Positions 58,704 to 64,000 of a stretch of 64,000 nucleotides of DNA are shown piece after piece (position 1 is the first letter of the stretch; every line of letters starts with the position of its first letter). The stretch spans positions 15,995-79,994 of the forward strand of contig JAAYSS010000065.1 in assembly GCA_012518275.1 (NCBI GenBank), written 5' to 3'. Below the pieces are notes generated by a model. That model searched no databases. It saw nothing but the letters and a program-made list of their open reading frames with translations, and was not told the origin of the DNA. A program made the translations under genes and the position numbers. The stretch is from Bacteroidales bacterium. Lineage in GTDB: Bacteria > Bacteroidota > Bacteroidia > Bacteroidales > Paludibacteraceae.

Positions 58704-59720
58704 TTATAGTTCCCACTGTTCCAAGTTGTCCACCAAATCGTCAAAGCATTTTATTTTTGATTTAGCTTTTACTTCGGCGATTTGAGCATCTAAAGCATCG
58801 TTGTAGGTTTCTGCGGGTACATCACGAATAATGCCCATTGCAATCGGCATTTCAGGTCCTTGCATCATTGCCAATTCCCAGTGCAAAGTAGGATTCGGAT
58901 TTTGTGCATCGTGAACCAAAATATCACTTTCTTTAATGCCGTTTTCACCGATTTTCACTGCTTTCAGACGTCCGTTTTCCAAGATTAATCCTTTGTCCCT
59001 ATTCACGCCATAAATCATCGGTTTGCCGTGTTCTAAGAAAACAATTTTGTCAGGACGAAGATTTTTCTCAGCAAGCCATCCGTGAGCTCCATCGTTGAAA
59101 ATCACGCAGTTCACCAGACACTCAATAACGGCAGCTCCTTTGTGTTTTGTTGCCGCAAGCATCACTTTCTGTGCGTTTTTCAAATCCACGTCAAGAAGTC
59201 TTCCAAAGAAATTTCCGCGAGCGCCAAAAGTTAGTTCTGCCGGGCGGAATGGTTCTTCGATTGTTCCATAAGGGGATGATTTAGTAACCTGCCCTTTGTA
59301 TGAAGTGGGTGAGTATTGCCCTTTGGTCAGACCGTAAATCTGATTGTTGAAAAGCAGGATATTGATGTCTATATTTCGTCTTACGCTATGAATAAAGTGG
59401 TTCCCACCGATTGCCAAGCAGTCGCCATCACCAGTAATCTGCCAAACGGTGAGTTTTGGATTTGCCACTTTTACGCCGGTTGCAATTGCAGCGCCACGCC
59501 CGTGAATAGTGTGAAACCCATAGGTGCCAATATAGTATGGCAAGCGCGACGAACAGCCAATGCCTGAAATCACAACGGTTTCGTGTGGCGGAACGCCCAG
59601 TTCAGCCATCGTTTTTTGCAGGCTATTGATGATGGCGTAATCGCCACAGCCGGGGCACCAGCGAACTTGTTGGTCACTCTTAAAATCTTTTGCTGTATAT
59701 CTTATTTTTGTTGCTTCCAT
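58704..59720 (-). CDS. korB: 2-oxoacid (2-oxoglutarate):ferredoxin oxidoreductase beta subunit
   Basis: 338 aa. WCPGCGDY N-terminal motif and TPP-binding GDGDCLAIGGNH. Confidence 0.85.
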   Translation of the reverse strand: MEATKIRYTAKDFKSDQQVRWCPGCGDYAIINSLQKTMAELGVPPHETVVISGIGCSSRLPYYIGTYGFHTIHGRGAAIATGVKVANPKLTVWQITGDGDCLAIGGNHFIHSVRRNIDINILLFNNQIYGLTKGQYSPTSYKGQVTKSSPYGTIEEPFRPAELTFGARGNFFGRLLDVDLKNAQKVMLAATKHKGAAVIECLVNCVIFNDGAHGWLAEKNLRPDKIVFLEHGKPMIYGVNRDKGLILENGRLKAVKIGENGIKESDILVHDAQNPNPTLHWELAMMQGPEMPIAMGIIRDVPAETYNDALDAQIAEVKAKSKIKCFDDLVDNLEQWEL

Positions 59721-59725
59721 AGTCC

Positions 59726-61573
59726 TTATTTTAAAATTAATTCAAAATGTTCTTCCAATTCCGAAACGGTAAATGGTTGACCTTGTATCTTGTTGTATTT
59801 CAGAACATCAATTCCATCAATTTGTGCACGCAGATAGCCTGCAAACTGTCCTGAATTTAACTCACAAACCACGATTTTCTTGAATTTTTTCAACACTTCT
59901 TCCGTGTTTTTAGGCAGTGGATTGATGTAGTTGAAATGAGCCATTGCCACATTTTTTCCTTTGCTAATTAGGTTGGAAACCGCACCCATCAAGTGTCCTT
60001 TGGTGCTTCCCCAACCCACGACCAGCAAGTCGGCATTTTCATTTCCATAAATTTCTAAATCTGGAATGTTTTGCTCCACATTCTTCACTTTTTCAGCGCG
60101 AGCTGCCACCATTTTCGCATGGTTGGTAGGATTAGATGAAATACTTCCTTTTACATAATCCTTTTCCAATCCCCCGTTTCGATACATAAATCCTTCTGTA
60201 CCGGGGATAGCCCAGTAGCGCGCTTTCGTTTCTTCATCTCTCGAGCCTGCTGTATAATTTTTGTAATCGGCAGGTACGTAGTTTGGCTTGATTTCGGGAA
60301 GTTCAGCCAGTTTTGGTAGTTTCCAGAGTGAAGTTCCGTTGCCGATAAAGGCATCAGATAAAACAATGACGGGTGTTGCATGTTCCAAAGCTATTTTAGA
60401 AGCCATGTATGTGTAATGGAAACAATCGTCGGGTGTGCTTGGCGCAATAACAACCACGGGGCTTTCACCGTTTCTTCCGTGAAGTGCTTGTAATAGGTCG
60501 GTTTGCTCAGTTTTCGTGGGCATACCGGTTGACGGACCGCCACGCATCACATCAACTATCACCAAAGGCAGTTCAGCCATTACAGCTAAACCGATTGCTT
60601 CCGACTTCAATGCCAATCCCGGTCCGGAAGTACTGGTAGCCGCCAAGCATCCGGCATACGAAGCTCCAACAGCAGTAGCAACTCCTGCAATTTCGTCTTC
60701 GCACTGCATCACTTTCACGCCCAAGTCGCGGCGTAGAGCCAATTCCTGCATAATGTCAGAAGCCGGTGTAATGGGATAACTTCCCAAGAACAGTTCTAAT
60801 TCGGCTTTTTCTGCAGCTGCAATCAATCCGTAAGCGGTAGCAGTGTTTCCGGAAATACTGGTATATTTTCCGGGAACTGTGTCGCCTGAGCGCTCAATTG
60901 TATAGGTAGGAACGGACAAATGAAGGTTATTACCATAGTTATAACCGTCATTTAGCACTTTAATATTTGCTTCAAGAACAGTTGGTTTTCTCTTAAATTT
61001 GTTTTGAAGAAAATATTCAGCTTTTTCCAGCGGTCGGTTAAACAGCCAGCATACCAGCCCGAGTGCGAACATATTTTTGCTTCGCAAAACGGCTTTACCA
61101 TCCATTCCGTATCCTTCCAAGCTTTTTTGTGTCAGCGTGGTAAGTTGCGTGGGTATCAATGTGATAGTTTCAGATACTCCAAGCTCTGTGAAAGGGTTTT
61201 CAGTAGTGAATCCGGCTTTTTCCAAATCTTTTTCCTGAAAGCTATCTTCATCAAAGATAATGGCACCGCCTTTTTTCACTTTTTTGATATTCACTTTAAG
61301 TGCGGCGGGATTCATGGCTACAAAAACGTCCGCTTCGTCACCGGGCGTGTACACTTTACTTGAACCGATGTGCACTTGAAAGCCGGACACTCCGCCCAAA
61401 GTGCCTTGCGGAGCACGAATTTCTGCCGGAAAATCGGGGAAAGTAGAAATTTCGTTTCCGATTACAGCAGAGATGTTAGAGAACAATGTGCCTGTAAGTT
61501 GCATCCCGTCGCCCGAGTCGCCCGCAAACAGAACTACCACATTGTCTACTTCTTTTACTTTGATGTTTTCCAT
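59726..61573 (-). CDS. korA: 2-oxoacid (2-oxoglutarate):ferredoxin oxidoreductase alpha subunit
   Basis: 615 aa. Fused gamma-alpha type OFOR subunit, 5 nt upstream of korB. Confidence 0.85.
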   Translation of the reverse strand: MENIKVKEVDNVVVLFAGDSGDGMQLTGTLFSNISAVIGNEISTFPDFPAEIRAPQGTLGGVSGFQVHIGSSKVYTPGDEADVFVAMNPAALKVNIKKVKKGGAIIFDEDSFQEKDLEKAGFTTENPFTELGVSETITLIPTQLTTLTQKSLEGYGMDGKAVLRSKNMFALGLVCWLFNRPLEKAEYFLQNKFKRKPTVLEANIKVLNDGYNYGNNLHLSVPTYTIERSGDTVPGKYTSISGNTATAYGLIAAAEKAELELFLGSYPITPASDIMQELALRRDLGVKVMQCEDEIAGVATAVGASYAGCLAATSTSGPGLALKSEAIGLAVMAELPLVIVDVMRGGPSTGMPTKTEQTDLLQALHGRNGESPVVVIAPSTPDDCFHYTYMASKIALEHATPVIVLSDAFIGNGTSLWKLPKLAELPEIKPNYVPADYKNYTAGSRDEETKARYWAIPGTEGFMYRNGGLEKDYVKGSISSNPTNHAKMVAARAEKVKNVEQNIPDLEIYGNENADLLVVGWGSTKGHLMGAVSNLISKGKNVAMAHFNYINPLPKNTEEVLKKFKKIVVCELNSGQFAGYLRAQIDGIDVLKYNKIQGQPFTVSELEEHFELILK

Positions 61574-61620
61574 ATATATATGTATTTATTTAATTTGTAA
61601 AAAATCGCACAATTTGCGTT

Positions 61621-63018
61621 TTAGAAATCCGCATTATTCGGTGTCCGTGGGAACGGTATTACATCCCGTATATTCGCCATGCCAGTTACGAACAACAGTA
61701 ATCGTTCAAAACCCAGTCCAAAGCCCGAGTGCGGTGCCGTACCAAAGCGGCGTGTGTCTAAGTACCACCAGATGTCTTTTTCGGGTACGCCCATTGAAGT
61801 AGCACGCGTTTTTAGTTTCTCGTAATCTTCTTCACGCTGAGAACCTCCGATAATTTCCCCGATTTTCGGGAAAAGTACGTCCATAGCACGCACAGTTTTT
61901 CCATCTTCGTTCAGTTTCATATAGAAAGCTTTGATTTCCTGTGGATAATCGGTTAGGATTACAGGTTTTTTGAAATGCTTTTCTACCAAATAGCGCTCAT
62001 GTTCCGACTGCAAATCCGTTCCCCAACCAACAGGGTATTCAAATTTATGACCTTTGGCAACGGCTTCTTCTAGAATTTTAATTCCTTCCGTGTAAGATAG
62101 ACGAACAAAGTCGTTTTCCACTACAAATTTCAGTCGTTCTATCAATCCCTTGTCGTACATCTTATTTAGGAATTTCAGGTCATCTTCACAATTATCCAGC
62201 GCCCACTGCACGCAATATTGGATAAATTCTTGCGCCAGTTGCATGTTTTCTTCTATTTCATAGAAAGCAATTTCTGGTTCAATCATCCAGAATTCCGATA
62301 AGTGGCGTGGCGTATTCGAGTTTTCGGCACGGAAAGTAGGTCCGAATGTATAAATCGCTCCCAGAGCCATTGCAGCCAGTTCACCTTCCAGTTGTCCTGA
62401 AACGGTCAGGTTGGCGTGTCTGCCGAAGAAATCTTCCGTGAAATCCACTTCCCCTTTGTCGTTTTTCTTCACATTCGCTAAATCCAGCGTGGTAACTTGG
62501 AACATCTGACCGGCACCTTCCGCATCAGAACCCGTGATAATCGGCGTGTGGAAATAGTAAAATCCACGGTCGTGAAAAAACTTATGGATAGCAATTGACA
62601 TGTGGTGGCGGATACGGAATACAGCCCCAAACGTGTTTGTACGCGGGCGTAAGTGTGCTATCTCGCGAAGGAATTCAAGCGTATGTCCTTTTTTCTGCAA
62701 CGGGTAAGTTGCCGGATCGGCTCCGCCGTAAATCAGTACATCTTCTGCTTGAATTTCAACGGCTTGTCCTCTTCCCTGTGATTCTACTAATTTGCCCGTA
62801 ACACTGATACAAGCACCTGTAGTAACCGGTTTTAGATACTCTACATCAAACTTACTTAAATCAATAACAACTTGAATGTTATTAATGGTTGAGCCATCAT
62901 TTAAAGCAATGAAGCTCACATTCTTATTCCCTCGGCGAGTACGAACCCACCCTTTAACGTTTACATCTGTTCCTAACGCTGAACCTTTCAGCGCATCCAC
63001 AATTTTTGTTCTTTGCAT
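61621..63018 (-). CDS. asnS: asparagine--tRNA ligase
   Basis: 465 aa from the ATG at 63018. Class II motifs [21 protein letters not shown] and GFGLGFERL. Confidence 0.93.
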   Translation of the reverse strand: MQRTKIVDALKGSALGTDVNVKGWVRTRRGNKNVSFIALNDGSTINNIQVVIDLSKFDVEYLKPVTTGACISVTGKLVESQGRGQAVEIQAEDVLIYGGADPATYPLQKKGHTLEFLREIAHLRPRTNTFGAVFRIRHHMSIAIHKFFHDRGFYYFHTPIITGSDAEGAGQMFQVTTLDLANVKKNDKGEVDFTEDFFGRHANLTVSGQLEGELAAMALGAIYTFGPTFRAENSNTPRHLSEFWMIEPEIAFYEIEENMQLAQEFIQYCVQWALDNCEDDLKFLNKMYDKGLIERLKFVVENDFVRLSYTEGIKILEEAVAKGHKFEYPVGWGTDLQSEHERYLVEKHFKKPVILTDYPQEIKAFYMKLNEDGKTVRAMDVLFPKIGEIIGGSQREEDYEKLKTRATSMGVPEKDIWWYLDTRRFGTAPHSGFGLGFERLLLFVTGMANIRDVIPFPRTPNNADF

Positions 63019-63193
63019 AAAAATAAAAAGACAGCCCCTATTTCCCAAAAGGTAAAATAGTGAGCTAATCAAAGGTTATAAAATTTAGAAATTTTCATTA
63101 AGCTTCTTTTTCTCTTTTCGAAAAGATACTTAATTAAATAATTAAAGCACAAATTTACTACATTTAATCCATTTTTAATAAAATATTTCGAAA

Positions 63194-63227
63194 TAAAAAA
63201 ACACCTGTCAAAACAAGTGTTTTTTAT
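63194..63227 (-). terminator. probable terminator after the GldJ-like gene
   Basis: On the minus strand, AACACTTGT-TTTG-ACAGGTGTT followed by TTTTTT. Confidence 0.6.
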
Positions 63228-63303
63228 TTGAGTATTTCTTGTCCGATATTCGAAAAACAACTGTTGTCAATAAAGAGTTCAACATTGATGTTTGTCGCAA
63301 ATT

Positions 63304-64000
63304 TTATCTTTTTTTCTTCTTTTTTGCTGCAGGTTGATTATCGATGCTTCCAAGCATGGTCATTGCGCAGCGGAAACCGATATCATTGGCGGATTTGTCT
63401 TGATCCAAGTAGCGTCGTGCAGCAGGATTAATCCAGTAAGCTCTGTCTTTCCATGAGCCACCTTTGTAAACACGTGTCTTGTTTGATATTTTCGGTGCAA
63501 GTACGTCGGTCGGGTCAAGCTTCCGGGTATTTCTCAAAGACGCCATTCCTTCCGGATCGGTATAAAGTTGAAAATCGGTAACGATTTGGTCTCTTCCGTC
63601 GCGGTAGCTACGCATATCATCTTCGGGAAGCACAACGCGGGCAATTCTACCCAGAGAATCTACCTTTAACTGGTACCTGCCGTTTTCGTCTTGCGATTCA
63701 GCCAAGTAAGTGTAGCCTTGATTTCCACGATAAGGATTATAATCAGCTACTTCCTGATGCGATGTAGGGCGGTACACATCCAATACCCATTCATTTACAT
63801 TTCCTGCCATGTTGTAAAGGCCAAAATCATTGGGTGGATAGGCATCACCGGGTGCAGTTGTGGTGTATCGGTCGTTTAAGTCGCCGGCGGTACCCATCAT
63901 ATCACCGCGTCCGCGGACAAAGTTTGCTTGCATCCGACCTTGTGTTTTCCCTTTTCCCGTAGCTCGTAAGCGGTCACCGGTCCAAGGATACAATCTTCCT
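63304..64000 (-). CDS. GldJ-like lipoprotein / FGE-sulfatase (SUMF1) domain protein, C-terminal part (5' end beyond the window)
   Basis: The frame is open to the window edge. GNVNEWV and YKGGSWKDRAYWINPAARRY...IGFRCAM are FGE-sulfatase-fold motifs as found in GldJ. Lys-rich C-terminus. Confidence 0.6.
   Translation of the reverse strand, partial: GRLYPWTGDRLRATGKGKTQGRMQANFVRGRGDMMGTAGDLNDRYTTTAPGDAYPPNDFGLYNMAGNVNEWVLDVYRPTSHQEVADYNPYRGNQGYTYLAESQDENGRYQLKVDSLGRIARVVLPEDDMRSYRDGRDQIVTDFQLYTDPEGMASLRNTRKLDPTDVLAPKISNKTRVYKGGSWKDRAYWINPAARRYLDQDKSANDIGFRCAMTMLGSIDNQPAAKKKKKR

Noticed and set aside
63029-63038. A third copy of the 10-mer GGGGCTGTCT (minus strand), 11 nt upstream of the asnS ATG. 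It matches the core of the IS-flanking repeat.
   Set aside because: A single 10-mer recurrence in 64 kb of two-stranded sequence is near chance expectation. The similarity does not extend further and no hairpin partner is present.
1-64000. Window-wide search for tRNA T-arm-like GGTTCGA(A/T)TCC strings, rRNA, CRISPR repeat arrays, integrase or recombinase genes, toxin-antitoxin pairs, and reverse transcriptase or retron-like elements.
   Set aside because: None was found by eye. No regularly spaced direct repeats occur, and every intergenic gap over 150 nt is AT-rich promoter or terminator DNA. A covariance-model scan (Infernal/Rfam, tRNAscan-SE) would be needed to fully exclude small ncRNAs.

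Overview
The window is a gene-dense chromosomal core segment, about 90% coding by the ORF coordinates. It most likely comes from a Bacteroidota genome. Evidence: gldH and a GldJ-like gene, a T9SS C-terminal-sorted cargo protein, sigma-54, TAnnTTTG -7 promoter motifs upstream of many genes, and almost no Shine-Dalgarno sequences. The two-subunit 2-oxoacid:ferredoxin oxidoreductase suggests an anaerobe or facultative anaerobe. I call about 55 protein genes, nearly all housekeeping:
- Nucleotide and DNA functions: upp, priA, holB, mutS, and a YhdJ-like methyltransferase.
- Cell wall: murF, murI, dacB.
- Proteostasis: lon, hsp20, trx, sppA, FKBP.
- Serine and PLP synthesis: serC, serA, pdxB.
- tRNA and translation: trmB, asnS.
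- Transport: OPT and POT.
- Also pulA, korAB, birA and folB.

I found no rRNA, tRNA, CRISPR array, integrase, prophage or recognisable defence island. The only mobile DNA is a roughly 0.9-kb internally deleted IS1182-family remnant between serA and a metallophosphoesterase gene.

I did not find a convincing new multi-gene system. The best second-look candidates are:
1. An FKBP/TPM/LemA envelope module whose TPM protein carries a cytoplasmic four-CxxC zinc-ribbon insert.
2. A lipoprotein with a Rieske fold whose His ligands are replaced.
3. A stand-alone radical SAM/SPASM-like enzyme with no visible substrate gene.
4. The in-frame-deleted IS remnant with 19-nt inverted flanks.
5. A DUF2089 zinc-ribbon/HTH gene overlapping a Yip1-like membrane gene.

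All family assignments come from motifs read by eye and from memory of the families. None was checked against a database.
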